The notes below the pieces were generated by a model. That model was not told the origin of the DNA and did not search any database. It saw only the letters and a list, made by a program, of their open reading frames with translations. From positions 1 to 64,000 of the IMG/VR virus record IMGVR_UViG_3300035698_016797: a stretch of 64,000 nt of DNA; one strand, written 5' to 3'. A program made the position numbers and the translations under genes. This DNA comes from a virus. This document shows positions 20,240 to 31,431 of this stretch, in pieces (positions within the stretch are counted from its first letter, which is position 1; each line of letters opens with the position of its first letter).

Positions 20240-21181
20240 ATGAGTAGGAAGATCGTTCAGAAATTGGCTATCACATTTCGTGTAGCCTTCATCTCTAAGC
20301 GTGACGGCAAGTACCTCAAGTACTTTCGTACATATGTTCCATTCCCGGAACACATGGCACTTCCTGGGCAAATATTTGCCGGAAACTCGTATGTTACGGC
20401 TTTCAAAATTGCTCTTGGATACAACAACAAGTTCGAGAATAAGAAAGATTTCTCTGTACGTGAGTATTCGTACAGGAAGTCTCAAGTGACAGAGGAAGGG
20501 AAGAGACGTGTCATTAAAGCCTATGAGAATGGTGACATGGAAGCGTATGCTAAAGAAGGTACGCTAATGGTCTCTCCTCACAGAGCTGTTGCTCGACGCT
20601 ACCAAGTGCTTCCACTCGTCATGGTTTGCTGTGACACGGTCGAAGGAGTTGAGTGGCGTTGGAGACTTGAGTATACCGAGATTGACCTTGAGGCACAATC
20701 CATGAGTGATAGAGATGGTGACAGGGTGATTCCTCTGCTACCAGACTATTCTGCTTATGGAGAAGACGTGTCTCCATCGAAGGATTCTAACGAACCACCT
20801 CCTGTTATGGGACAAGAGGTGATTGAGTACGACGAAACAGATGCGAACAGTGTGCCTAAAATGCTTATTCGTCTCGAAGACGAAGGGTTTGAGATGAAGG
20901 TGCATGAACGTAGAGGAAAGAATGATGGTGAACCTCTCAATCTTGCTCAGAAAAGAACAAAAGCCAAGAAAGATACCGCATTGAGAGAGAGACAAGGGAT
21001 TGTTAACGCTATCACGGCTGAAGTTCCAATCCTCACAACGGTTGAGAGCGATTCCTTGTACGATCCAATTATCATCGGAAGAGAATATGATGATGCTGAG
21101 CCAGTAACGGCAACCAAACCAGAACAGACAATCGCGGCTGAAGACCCAATGTATAAATCAATTAGCTTCGAGGAGAAATGA
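20240..21181 (+). CDS. Hypothetical protein with acidic tail
   Basis: Start at MSRKIV; two YxPI-like motifs near the C-terminus. Confidence 0.7.
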   Translation: MSRKIVQKLAITFRVAFISKRDGKYLKYFRTYVPFPEHMALPGQIFAGNSYVTAFKIALGYNNKFENKKDFSVREYSYRKSQVTEEGKRRVIKAYENGDMEAYAKEGTLMVSPHRAVARRYQVLPLVMVCCDTVEGVEWRWRLEYTEIDLEAQSMSDRDGDRVIPLLPDYSAYGEDVSPSKDSNEPPPVMGQEVIEYDETDANSVPKMLIRLEDEGFEMKVHERRGKNDGEPLNLAQKRTKAKKDTALRERQGIVNAITAEVPILTTVESDSLYDPIIIGREYDDAEPVTATKPEQTIAAEDPMYKSISFEEK

Positions 21182-22590
21182 TGAGTAGCAAGAAATTCAC
21201 GGCTTTTGAACTTGGCACCGACGGCAAACCGATTGAAGAGGTATGCCCCAAGGGAACAACAAGTCCTGTTACGTTGCATCGTCTCATTCGTAAGGCTTCC
21301 GGTGATACTGGTGAAAACGGACATCTCAAGCCAATGAGTAGTGTAGATGCAGACAAAAACATCGAAGTCATCTCCGCTTGTGGCACGCTAGAAATCAATG
21401 GCAAGAAGTACGAAGTGCGAACCGTTGGTGACAATTCCGATTTCGGCAACATGGGAAATGAGTTCGGCGGTTTGATGGAGGCGGCGCTTGAGGAAATCTC
21501 AGAATGCCCCGTTTGTCGTGGACACATCGTTCCAGATGCCAACCTGTGGATGTCAGAAGATGGTCTCGAAGGCTTCGTCCATGATGAATGCAAGGATCTG
21601 TTCGGCAAGGCCATTGAAAGAGGAAAAGCAGAAGATCACGAGAACAAGCGTGAACGTTTCCGTCAACGCCGCTACAAAGAACTCCAAGTGTTGATGCATG
21701 ACGCGGAACTTGAGGCGAGAGCAGACAGGCTTGAGTGGGTTGATCCTGAGCCTCCTGAATCCTTCCCAGAAGGTGCTGAAAGATGCTTCCTCTGTTCTGG
21801 CCATGTAACTATCGGAAACAACAATGTTGTTCCTCGTGATGTCCTCCGTGGACAAATTCAAGACACCGGTGAGGCTTGCTACGCACACATCGAATGCCTC
21901 CGCAATGAAGTACTGAAAGATCCAGAGTTACGGATTTTGATGTTCTTCGAGTCTTATGGGTTGAGACTTCACGAAGAAGTCATCAAGTCGTGCGTCAAGC
22001 TCCAAGCCGCTATCAAGTATGGCTTGATTCGCCGGTTGAGAGAAGAGTATGGTGGAAACACGGTTGTTCGTCGTGATGCTGTTGCTCCAGAGCAACTGAT
22101 AACAGAGTCTGCAAGAAGTCTGCGAGCTGGAGATTTCCTCGGACTGGCACATACTGGTCAAGAGGTGCCCGTTGCGGCTATGTCTCACATTACGGATGAG
22201 ATTACTCTTGCAGCACGTCATGCAAGTGACATGCTCAGAGAACGTCTCAATCTTCAACCGGCTCCTGTTGCAGGGATTCGACCGGTAAGAGACGGTGTGA
22301 ACATGATTACTCACGAAGGGGAAATGTACGCTCCCATCATCATCGGTAACGATGAAGACGGTGTAATAGAAACCAATGCCGATGAAACTATTCCGGTCAG
22401 TGGTGGAACTTCCAACGAGAACGAAGTGGTAAAAACCATCATGCTGGATGAAGGATCTGTTGCCAAGGATATGTATGCTCCCATCTCATTCGCAAGTGAA
22501 GAAACACAGTGTGTAGCCTGTGGAGGTACTGAAGTTGCCTCTAGCGGTGAACCGTGTGTTCCATGTCAGCAAAAGAAAGACTCCAAGTAG
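21178..22590 (+). CDS. Zinc-finger-containing hypothetical protein
   Basis: Two CxxC...HxxC modules, a C-terminal CxxC...CxxC, and two MYAPI motifs. Confidence 0.7.
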   Translation: MMSSKKFTAFELGTDGKPIEEVCPKGTTSPVTLHRLIRKASGDTGENGHLKPMSSVDADKNIEVISACGTLEINGKKYEVRTVGDNSDFGNMGNEFGGLMEAALEEISECPVCRGHIVPDANLWMSEDGLEGFVHDECKDLFGKAIERGKAEDHENKRERFRQRRYKELQVLMHDAELEARADRLEWVDPEPPESFPEGAERCFLCSGHVTIGNNNVVPRDVLRGQIQDTGEACYAHIECLRNEVLKDPELRILMFFESYGLRLHEEVIKSCVKLQAAIKYGLIRRLREEYGGNTVVRRDAVAPEQLITESARSLRAGDFLGLAHTGQEVPVAAMSHITDEITLAARHASDMLRERLNLQPAPVAGIRPVRDGVNMITHEGEMYAPIIIGNDEDGVIETNADETIPVSGGTSNENEVVKTIMLDEGSVAKDMYAPISFASEETQCVACGGTEVASSGEPCVPCQQKKDSK

Positions 22591-22631
22591 GGATTGCGCG
22601 AGTGCGGTGCAGTTCGCAGTGTAAGTAGGAG

Positions 22632-22672
22632 AGGGTGCGTCCATTCGGGGCGCACCCTAACTCCTCTTTTTT
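22632..22672 (+). terminator. Intrinsic terminator
   Basis: AGGGTGCG-TCCATTCGGGG-CGCACCCT with downstream T-tract. Confidence 0.65.
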
Positions 22673-22750
22673 GTCACCGTATTTCGCATTAGATAGATAT
22701 GTGTTTACATCGACCTTTCATTTTCCCCAGCCATCTTCTAGGAGTTTATT

Positions 22751-25042
22751 ATGTCTAACTTTGTATTTGGTGCTCTTCAAATAGCTCTTGGACTGACGGC
22801 GTGTTTTGCTGGGATGATTGGATTTGTCATCGTGTGTGCGTTGTCTGTTGGATGTTACATGAAAAGGAAAGAAATAAAAGAATGTAAAGCTACAGAAGAG
22901 GAACAAAGACCAAAAACTCTTCTTGCTACTGATTATATAAAAGACCTTCAAGGTCTTGGAGCTGAAACCAGGCTCAACATAAACAGATTTAAGAGGCAAC
23001 ATAGAAGGTCTCAAGTGGTAGTGATGAGCACAGGACTTCAACACTATGAAAAGGATACTCCACGTTGGTGTTGTGTTAAATGCAACACAGTCTCCTATCA
23101 TCACTTCGCAGTAATTGCTCCCGGTGGCGGTCCAAAAGAAATAGTTCCGTACTGCTGGGAGTGTCACAAACCACTCCAGTATATGCAACCCGTCAGAGGA
23201 ATGGAGACGTTCATTTGAAGTATGAACGTGAAGTGTTGATGTCCAGATGCATACTATGACTCCCACTGGTCAGCAAATGACAAACAAACCATACAAAATT
23301 GCATTCCATGAACATTATGTTGTGGAAATAAGCCTTGTTTCCAACCTGTACATAGTGCTAAACGAGAGCGCAGTGATAATAAGATTGGGGATGTGACAAT
23401 GTCTTATGATACAAGCATAAAAAGTCGTACTGAGGTCAGGCTTTCTCTCCTCATTATGGCAATCAGCAAAAGTCCTGTCAAGCTGTACATTGGAGAAAAG
23501 CTCTACTCGGACGGAACGGTTGAGTATCGTACAAACAGCGGCCCAGGTAGTGGCACAGAAATGCACAAAGGAATGGATGACGGAGCATTTGTCATCCGTA
23601 CGAGTACTGTGGTAGCTCTCTTTGAAAAACTCATATTCTTCCAAAAAGCAGACGTTGAGTCAATCGAGGTCATCAGTGGCGACGAAGAAAGTCACATTGA
23701 AATCCACCTAAAAGACAACTCGTACAAGGATTGTACGGTAGAAGAAGGTGAGAGATGAGCACACAAATAGATCTGACTCTTTCGATACAAAGCGATTCAA
23801 TTGCCGAACAGGTTGGCAGTGAATTAGACAGCAACGAGTCTGTGTGTGAATTTGTTGATTTGTTGATAGGTTCACATTTTGATACAAGAAGTATAAATGA
23901 CAGTGTAGTTGACCTTTTCATTTCACAGCTACATGAGCAGCTTGATAGAACAAAAGAAGAGATAATCAACGGATAGTGTAAAAAACGAGGTTTTATCATG
24001 AGTAAAGACGCCTTGCAAGAACTACGCAAAAGCCTTGGAATGGGTCCGGGTGAACTTCTTAGGTCTACAAATGGACTGACTGGAGACATTCTGTCCGTTG
24101 AAGGAGACAATGTCACCATTGGTGTTGTTTCAACTGGTGAAATCGTAACGGTCCCAAAAAATCGTTTGATGAAAAAGTGAACATGTTGGAACAGAGCGGA
24201 TAGTATACAGGTTAATGAATGTTTCTCAAACACTGTCCGTTCTCTTCCTATATGATTTGTGGAGGTTGATCCTTTGGACACCTGCACATCCACGCAGGGT
24301 GGTGGATATGACGCTAAGTTCGTCGCCATGCCGGTGCTGCCATAGTGCCACCGGAGATTGCAGGTGGGAATCCTGCCCCTGCTACCATTTTAAAAAGGTG
24401 AGAAAGCGTTATGAACTTGACACCCTTAGGATATGTCCTCCTCATTAAAGGAGGGTCTGAAGTACAACACTTTCGTACTGAACACATGTCTGAAGTTGAA
24501 TATCACATCGCAAAAGCTCAAAAAGATGCAGACGTGAAAGGGTCGAAGCTGTTTGTATCTCTACAAGCTAATTGGGCAACGGAGTACAAGGGTAAAAGAA
24601 AAACGGTTGAACCTCAAGCTCCAACCAATGAATCGCCAGAGATATGTGTAACCGTAGAATTACAATGAAATGACCTTGAGAGGAATGTACGATGTCACGT
24701 AAAGACGATGAAATAAGAATGAAAATGCTCAAGGAAGCTATTAAGCTCTATCAGGCACGCTCTCTTTCTTCTGAAATTTTCAGATATTTAACATTTGCTT
24801 CTTCAGAGCAGGTTGTTGAAATAAGGATTTTAGAGGACAACGTCTCAGACATTGACTTGAGAATGGTCAGAACTTTGATCGTAAAAATAGCAGGACTAAT
24901 CATCACGGGTAAGTCTGAAAGAGATCTCGTAGCAAAACACGATGGCTCATATAGTCCGAAGAGTGAGAAGGCTAAAAGTGACATATTGAAACTCTTCGAA
25001 GTGGGCGAGAAGTTTATGGAAGACTACCCTCTTGCCTCATAA
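22751..25042 (+). other. Hypothetical CDSs (22751-23218, 23393-23758, 23755-23976, 23998-24180, 24411-24668, 24692-25042)
   Basis: Tiled ORFs with RBS-like sequences. Confidence 0.55.
24293..24387 (+). ncRNA. Aberrant tRNA-like RNA (enlarged D and anticodon arms, central CAT, C1:T72 mismatch)
   Basis: CGCAGGG/CCCTGCT-A-CCA; T-arm GCAGG-TGGGAAT-CCTGC; anticodon stem CCGGT/ACCGG with 14-nt loop. Confidence 0.6.
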
Positions 25043-25059
25043 ATGGAAGGTAAAGTCGT

Positions 25060-25980
25060 ATGTTTCAGAATAAATACATCTTTCCTCACGACGTCAATAT
25101 AGACAGAGAGCTGTACCTTCGTGTTTTCAAAATGGTCCCAGAACGAATTAAGGATGTTCTTCGGACATTAAGCGATGAAAACCATTATGGAGTACAAAAG
25201 ACACTGGTTACTCATCCAATGATGAGATTACTCAGTTCTTATGTTGGAGAAGATGCTCATAAAATTGATAGTGATGCTTTGCTTTCCAACGAAGTACGTA
25301 CAGTCTATGCTCTTAGTGACGATGATTATATTGTAACATATGTTGCAATGACTCATGCGGCCAAGCTATATAAGCACGACATCGCAAAGAAAAGCCGCTT
25401 TTATCAAACTCTGCTTTCTATCAAAGGCGTTGGTAAGGCTACGGCTACGGCAATATTGACACAATGGAGTGATGCACAGCTGTTTTGCAGAGCGAATAAG
25501 ATGAAAGCATGTGCCCTTCTGACAACTAATATTCTAACCTTCATCAAAAAATCAATACCGGAACATGATTGGCTAGTCTTGTGGCATGATGTTTGGCAAA
25601 AAGAACAAATCTTTTGCGAAGAAGAGCATCTACACGATAAATACTTCAAGTATAACCCATTCACTTCGTTTATGTGGAGAGCGCACAGGAGAGCTTCTCA
25701 ACTTTTGAATCCAAAAAGGATACTCTTCAAAGGATTCAATGAAACAGGAACCCCAAAATATCTCTTCCAGTTCAGCAATTACGACGACTATGGTGATGGA
25801 CTAGATGATCAAGAGTGGAACCTCGAACTGTCAATGAAAAAATGGGAAACTTCGCTTGATGCCAAATTTGGGTATGTCCACATTTCTATTTGTGTTGAAG
25901 ACAAAGAGGACTGTGACAATGTGTGGATTGAAACCATTTGCGAAGCGTATTTGACACATGCTCGAAAATCAAAAAGCTAA
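25060..25980 (+). CDS. Helix-hairpin-helix-containing hypothetical protein
   Basis: LLSIKGVGKATATAIL. Confidence 0.6.
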   Translation: MFQNKYIFPHDVNIDRELYLRVFKMVPERIKDVLRTLSDENHYGVQKTLVTHPMMRLLSSYVGEDAHKIDSDALLSNEVRTVYALSDDDYIVTYVAMTHAAKLYKHDIAKKSRFYQTLLSIKGVGKATATAILTQWSDAQLFCRANKMKACALLTTNILTFIKKSIPEHDWLVLWHDVWQKEQIFCEEEHLHDKYFKYNPFTSFMWRAHRRASQLLNPKRILFKGFNETGTPKYLFQFSNYDDYGDGLDDQEWNLELSMKKWETSLDAKFGYVHISICVEDKEDCDNVWIETICEAYLTHARKSKS

Positions 25981-26042
25981 AACAATATGTGACCATATTG
26001 GAACAGAGCAGATAGTATATACTGTCTGTTCTCTTCCCATTT

Positions 26043-26468
26043 GGGGGCGACATGGTTTCGACATGATTAGTGTAAGGTGTACTGCAAGCGGTGGTTGGAC
26101 GAATGGCCACCTAAAAAATCGCCCAAACAAGTAACTCGTAAAGAGACTACTTTCACTGGCTTGAGGCCGGTTGCACGTAAGAGCGTTCTCGCTTTTGCAA
26201 TTGCTGCCTAATCGAGCTATCACCTCATAAGGGGTGCGTCTTTGGTGCCGATGCTCGCTGAGCGTCAACGGCGAAAAGTAGCGAGCAAAGCCTCTCTCTG
26301 ATGTTCTAATGAGAGTTGTAGTTTGAGAACTTAGCGAATGCCAACGGGTTGCTCACACTCGTCCTTGTAATATGGCAGAGCGAATAGTGGACAATGCGAG
26401 ACAAGCTTGTAGAGGTATGCCGATGTAGCTTTTTGTGGACGCGGGTTCGATTCCCGCCGCCTCCACCA
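26043..26468 (+). ncRNA. ssrA: tmRNA
   Basis: GGGGGCG 5' end with G3:U; 3' GGTTCGATTCCC...CTCCACCA; tag frame ending AFAIAA-stop. Confidence 0.95.
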
Positions 26469-26489
26469 CTCAATCTGTAAGAAAGCGAG

Positions 26490-28805
26490 ATGTCAATGAG
26501 GAACGACTACAAAGAGACTGGAACAAGAGAAGAAGATGATTTCCAAGAATTCCCCTTTGGTAGAAATTGTCCTATTTTGGTGATTGGCATATTGAAGGGG
26601 AACAAGGGGATATGGAAAGAGGAAGCTTGTGGCGAGTCTCATCTTGCGAGCCTTTTGAAAGAGGCAAAAGAAAAGTGCAAGCGTGGAAGTATTGAGCTAG
26701 TCGGAGTGTGGCCCGGAAAGTGGTCAACCGACTTGTTTGACCTCAATTTCAAGTATTGCTGGGACAAGATGAAGTCTCAAAACAGAATGTGATAACACCA
26801 CTTCATAAGGAATCATCATGGAAGCTAACTTTTTCAGCACTAGTTTTGAAGCCCACATTTCTCATGTTCACAAGGGTGTTGCACAACTGGATGGTGACAA
26901 TGAAGAATCATTTACAGTAGAGGCGTCAATGGACGAAGGGTCCATAGACATAGAGTTCATTGACTTTGACTGTAGTTACGCTCCAAATTCTGACAGGGGT
27001 TTGTTGGAACTCCCTAATGGAGGTTCGGTCAGAAATTTCTGCCTTCCGACAAAGGCGATGTTCGGAATGGTTTTGGCAACTGCCGAAATGTTCAAAGATG
27101 CTGATTGTATTGACTATTTTGCAGAAAAGATGAGCGAAGTTAACGCCATAGTTCAGCAAAAGAGGTCTGATAATGATTAGATTTCTACTTTTTCTGTTCT
27201 CAAAAGCTACCAACTCACTGCTTTTCATCTGTGCCAAACGTGGACACCGCTGGAAAGACATAAGTTTCAACTCATACTCAATACCTACAGTGCAAGAGTG
27301 CAAGTCTTGTCATGTTACCAGAAAGATTGAATCTAAACCTGCGATGTTCGGAAGCATGAGAACAAGCAACTTCTTCTGGATCTATTCAGACGGCACGGAA
27401 GTCCCGGATGAAAGAGTACTCAAACATGTGGGAGTGACCATTGAAGACTGAATTCCACGCCGGAGATAGATTGTTATATCTCGGAGGGGGAAGTCCTGCG
27501 TCTTGCAAAAACCATGTTATTGCTCGGGTGTTAAGAAGCAGCTATTGTTACCTCGAATCCAACGGTAGAAGCTTTAGTCAAGCTGTTTTTGCCAAGTTGT
27601 TTTCTGAGCAAAAAGACAACGGTACGTCTTGTGTTGGAAATCATTTTTTAGACTCTGCCAGTTGGAAAGTGGTTCAATCTTCACACTCTTTTGTTTCTGG
27701 TTCTCCTCAGTTCCCAGGAATATACATCATTAAAGATTCCAGATGGGATGGTCATGCCGTAGAGGTGGTTATCAACAATGGAATTACACGGATTTCCAGC
27801 AATCCATGGATAGATTCATGGCTGGTATGTAATGGCCATAAGGCATCGTTCAGATTTATAGGAAGGAGACATGGTGATGAAGATTGATTATGGTAATCTT
27901 ACACGTTCCCAGTTAGGAGCAATCAATCTGAAGTCTTATTTCTTCTCCGATGGAGGAGTGGTTCAGGTTGATAATCGCTTTTATTCTTCCCCTTATGGAA
28001 ACATTAAAGTTGACGATGTAAAATCTGGATACTTGGGAATGGTGATTGTAAGCAATGGCTATCTTGGTAAAATCAAAGGAGTGGACAGATATTCGTTAAC
28101 CCTTAGGTTCAATCCACGTTACAGCGATTCTTGTTCACATCAAGGATCTCTTGAAGTGAGAGGATTTACCCTTCCATCAATTGAGATGATAGACGGAATG
28201 GTTGGTAGGGCAATCGGCAAGTTTGCATCAGAGTTAGTCAACTAGTACGAGGAAATCACATTATGCAAGAAACGGCAGTTCAAATCGTCACACATCTTAT
28301 TCTACTTGTTTACGTTCCGTACCTTGTGTTGCGCTACATACACAGGTGGTTCGCAAACCGTAATGCCAGCGTAAGGAAAGGGATTCGTTGGTTGTATCCC
28401 AAAGGTAACCGGGAACAGCACGTCGCTTTACAGGCGATGACGAACAGCTCTCCTGACGGCTGGGTGAAATGTAACGTCATATATCCATGTCCTATTGGAA
28501 AAAAGTCGAGAACTTGTAAGAAGAATCCTATGGACTGTTACAATATCGGTCAGTTCAAATGGGATTCTGTTCTTGGAGTTTACATATTCAAACAATTCGT
28601 TGATTCTCCCAACGAAGGATCGTGCCCGGCAAACTCCCCAAACAACGAATGCTCACTTATGATTGCGTTCAACGCGAAACACGTCAATAGCCTTTCGATT
28701 TCCCCCATGAGGTCTCATGATTCGGTAAGTATTGCATTCAGGCAAAAGAAATCCAAAGCGTCATTCGTCCAGCCATCATCTCTAAATGAGGAGGAAATAC
28801 CATAG
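26490..28805 (+). other. Hypothetical CDSs (26490-26792, 26818-27180, 27173-27451, 27441-27887, 27871-28245, 28263-28805)
   Basis: Tiled ORFs with overlapping start/stop codons. Confidence 0.6.
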
Positions 28806-28880
28806 GCCAGTAACAACTTAAAGAGTATCCGAGATCCATGCCTTTCAAAAAGTTCAGTATTCCGACATGAAAGTTCTATT

Positions 28881-29438
28881 ATGAAAACCACAAGCCGCGC
28901 CTTCACATTCATCGAGATACTCACATGTATTGCTATCGTCGCCCTCATCGCCGGAATTTTCCTCTGCGCAATGGACAAGTCGAAGTCCGGTTCGCCCGAC
29001 AATCCTCACGCCACGGTCGTCTTTCAGAGTGAAGAATCCGTGACCGTTGTCGAACTCGACATCGCACCTCCGGCCATCATCGACCGTCTCTGCAACACAT
29101 ACGTTCCGTACGAACCAACCAACATGTTCACCTGCATCGGCGGGAATGTTGACTACGGGCCTTCGTTCAATGCTCAACTCCTCAGTATGGAAGTGACAAA
29201 AACGATTAACGCTGACACGATGCCATATATCGACATACATCGAAGCGGCAACATCGTTACATCGCGGCCAGCGGATTCGAAGGGGATGTTTGCACTCAAC
29301 GATCTCATCGAGGTTCTGATGGTTCAGAACGAGATGAATCAGCTGCAACATGAGAATATGGAAACGGCCACCGCCATACTGATGTGTCCGACGAGTCTTA
29401 ACGACGCCACCGAGAATTATAAAACATACAATTCCTGA
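28881..29438 (+). CDS. Prepilin-type N-terminal methylation-domain protein
   Basis: RA-FTFIEILTCIAIVALIAGIF; GC-richer codons; own terminator at about 29468-29510. Confidence 0.72.
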   Translation: MKTTSRAFTFIEILTCIAIVALIAGIFLCAMDKSKSGSPDNPHATVVFQSEESVTVVELDIAPPAIIDRLCNTYVPYEPTNMFTCIGGNVDYGPSFNAQLLSMEVTKTINADTMPYIDIHRSGNIVTSRPADSKGMFALNDLIEVLMVQNEMNQLQHENMETATAILMCPTSLNDATENYKTYNS

Positions 29439-29531
29439 TTTCTGCCACGGCAAACGACCTGTTCTCCTGGTGGCCCCGGCACCTATGCTGGGGCCACCGC
29501 TTTTTCTCTTTCACCCGAAAGAAAGGCTATA

Positions 29532-29789
29532 ATGCAATTTGAAACCAGAGCAGATGTTGGCGAAGAAGTCTTTGTTATTCACGAAGGTAAGATTCACAAA
29601 CAAAAAATCAGAAACATCACGGTTTACTTTGATGAAACAGGAAGTGCGAAAGAAAGATACGTCGTTGCTGTAAGAAATAAAGACCAAAAACATGTTGTTA
29701 CAAACATGAACATTAACCGTGAGAATCTAGTCTTTAGCATTGAAGAATTGTCCCAGCATCCATTCTGGACCGACTTTCGCAAGGGGTAA
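29532..29789 (+). CDS. Small SH3/KOW-like protein, paralog 1 of 3
   Basis: Aligns by eye with 54101-54361 and 54682-54966. Confidence 0.6.
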   Translation: MQFETRADVGEEVFVIHEGKIHKQKIRNITVYFDETGSAKERYVVAVRNKDQKHVVTNMNINRENLVFSIEELSQHPFWTDFRKG

Positions 29790-29796
29790 GTGAGAC

Positions 29797-30453
29797 ATGG
29801 ACACTGCAAACAAAAATCCAGCCGACACAGACTTTGTCACAGCAGCAATGATGCTCGTGAAGCCACTACCAATTTCTCCTGACGTTGACGACAACTCCAC
29901 AAAGATAGCAGGGAGCGAATACCGCAAAGCTCGTGTTATAGTCACCACAAAGTGCGACAGGACATGTCGTTACTGTTGCAATAGTTATCCTCACATCCTT
30001 CAACAAGCACGCAAAATCCAGAACATCTCAGACATTAAGGGTTATGATGAAATCATAATCACTGGTGGAGAGCCACTGTTGGACGCCAATCGCACTCTTG
30101 ATCTGATAATGGAAGCGAGAGAGTATAACACTGGTGCATCGTTCTACCTCTATACTGCGGTCTTTACGACCGGTGTATGGAGAATCCTTCCGTGGATAGA
30201 GGGACTGCATTACACCATACATTCTGACGCCAGTGCACATGATATCGGCCAGTTCGAGAACATGCAGAGAACTGTTGGTAGAAATAAACACACACACACA
30301 AAGTCACATTTTCTGACCATTGCAAACGATGTTTCCCTTGTGGTGCCTGTCATTCCAGACGTATGGACACAGGTTAGAACTAAACCGTTTAAGAGCGAGT
30401 CTGAATGTCACGTACCGAAAAGTGAAACTCTATTCCTGTTGAAAGAGGTGTGA
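29797..30453 (+). CDS. Radical SAM protein
   Basis: CDRTCRYCC (CxxxCxxC); IIITGGEPLL. Confidence 0.88.
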   Translation: MDTANKNPADTDFVTAAMMLVKPLPISPDVDDNSTKIAGSEYRKARVIVTTKCDRTCRYCCNSYPHILQQARKIQNISDIKGYDEIIITGGEPLLDANRTLDLIMEAREYNTGASFYLYTAVFTTGVWRILPWIEGLHYTIHSDASAHDIGQFENMQRTVGRNKHTHTKSHFLTIANDVSLVVPVIPDVWTQVRTKPFKSESECHVPKSETLFLLKEV

Positions 30454-31354
30454 CAATGAGTATCCATTCAATTATAAAAGGCATCGCCTCTCTCGACATG
30501 TATGGGTTGGCCAAGGTTCAAAAGGCCAGAGCAATCAGACTAGAGGAGCTTCAGAGAAAAGTTGTAATGGCCAAACGGAAACGTAATCCGGCAGTCATTG
30601 ACTTCCTTAAACACGAAGAGCAAATTACGAGAGACTCTAACGGAGTGAGAGTTTTGAAGAAGGAGATGCTTTGGTGTATGAAAACCATGGCCGCTAACGA
30701 TGCAATCAATGCATGGAAAAAGCTCCTTTGTTGTGCTTCGTGTGATGAGAATGTTAGTGCTCTTTTTCTGGCACTCGGCAAGTGGCACGCAGAGAGGCTG
30801 AAAGAGGTATAATCATGGACAAACCTCACATGCCTTCAATTTGCGTACTTAATCCGACAGCCTTCTCAACAGGCTACCACGGAAGACCACGAGAACGCTG
30901 GCTTACTGACGACATATACGGCAAAGGTTCAACAGTTGGATTTGTTAGTCGTAACAGTGTTATCAATGCAGACTCTGATATGAAAAGGATCATGGTCAGT
31001 GTTCCCGGTTCGGTTCTTTCTCACGAATGGGAGTCTCGAAAGGCACACAAAGCTTTTCCTCAAGTCTCTTTTGGTGGCTATTATCAAGTTGACCGACTTC
31101 TCGTCATGGATGACGTCCACAAGTGGTGTCACCATCACCTTGAGTTTGAAGACATTCGTACAGTGTGGGATATTCATATCGAACTAACATCAGAAGTTCG
31201 TCTTTCTTTGTCCGAAAGTATGACTGGGTGTCAATGTGAAATTGACAAATATGGAGAAACCTTGTGCATTAGCAAGGACGAAGGCGATGTTGTATTCTCC
31301 ATAGAAAACGCAAGAGTACTTCAAGCAACGTTAAATAGGATTCTTTAACAAGAT

Positions 31355-31431
31355 TCACGGGTAGCTCAGTTGGCAGAGCAGCTTCTGAAACATGGAGTGT
31401 GTCGGTGGTTCGAGTCCATCCCTGTGAACCA
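31355..31431 (+). tRNA. Isolated tRNA-like gene with non-canonical 8-nt anticodon loop (Phe GAA-like or pseudo-tRNA)
   Basis: TCACGGG/CCTGTGA-A-CCA; normal D and T arms; anticodon arm GCTTC-TGAAACAT-GGAGT. Confidence 0.65.

Noticed and set aside
24215-24448. 77-aa ORF
   Set aside because: Overlaps the tRNA-like RNA and its leader hairpin
25969-26268. Minus-strand 99-aa ORF
   Set aside because: Antisense to tmRNA
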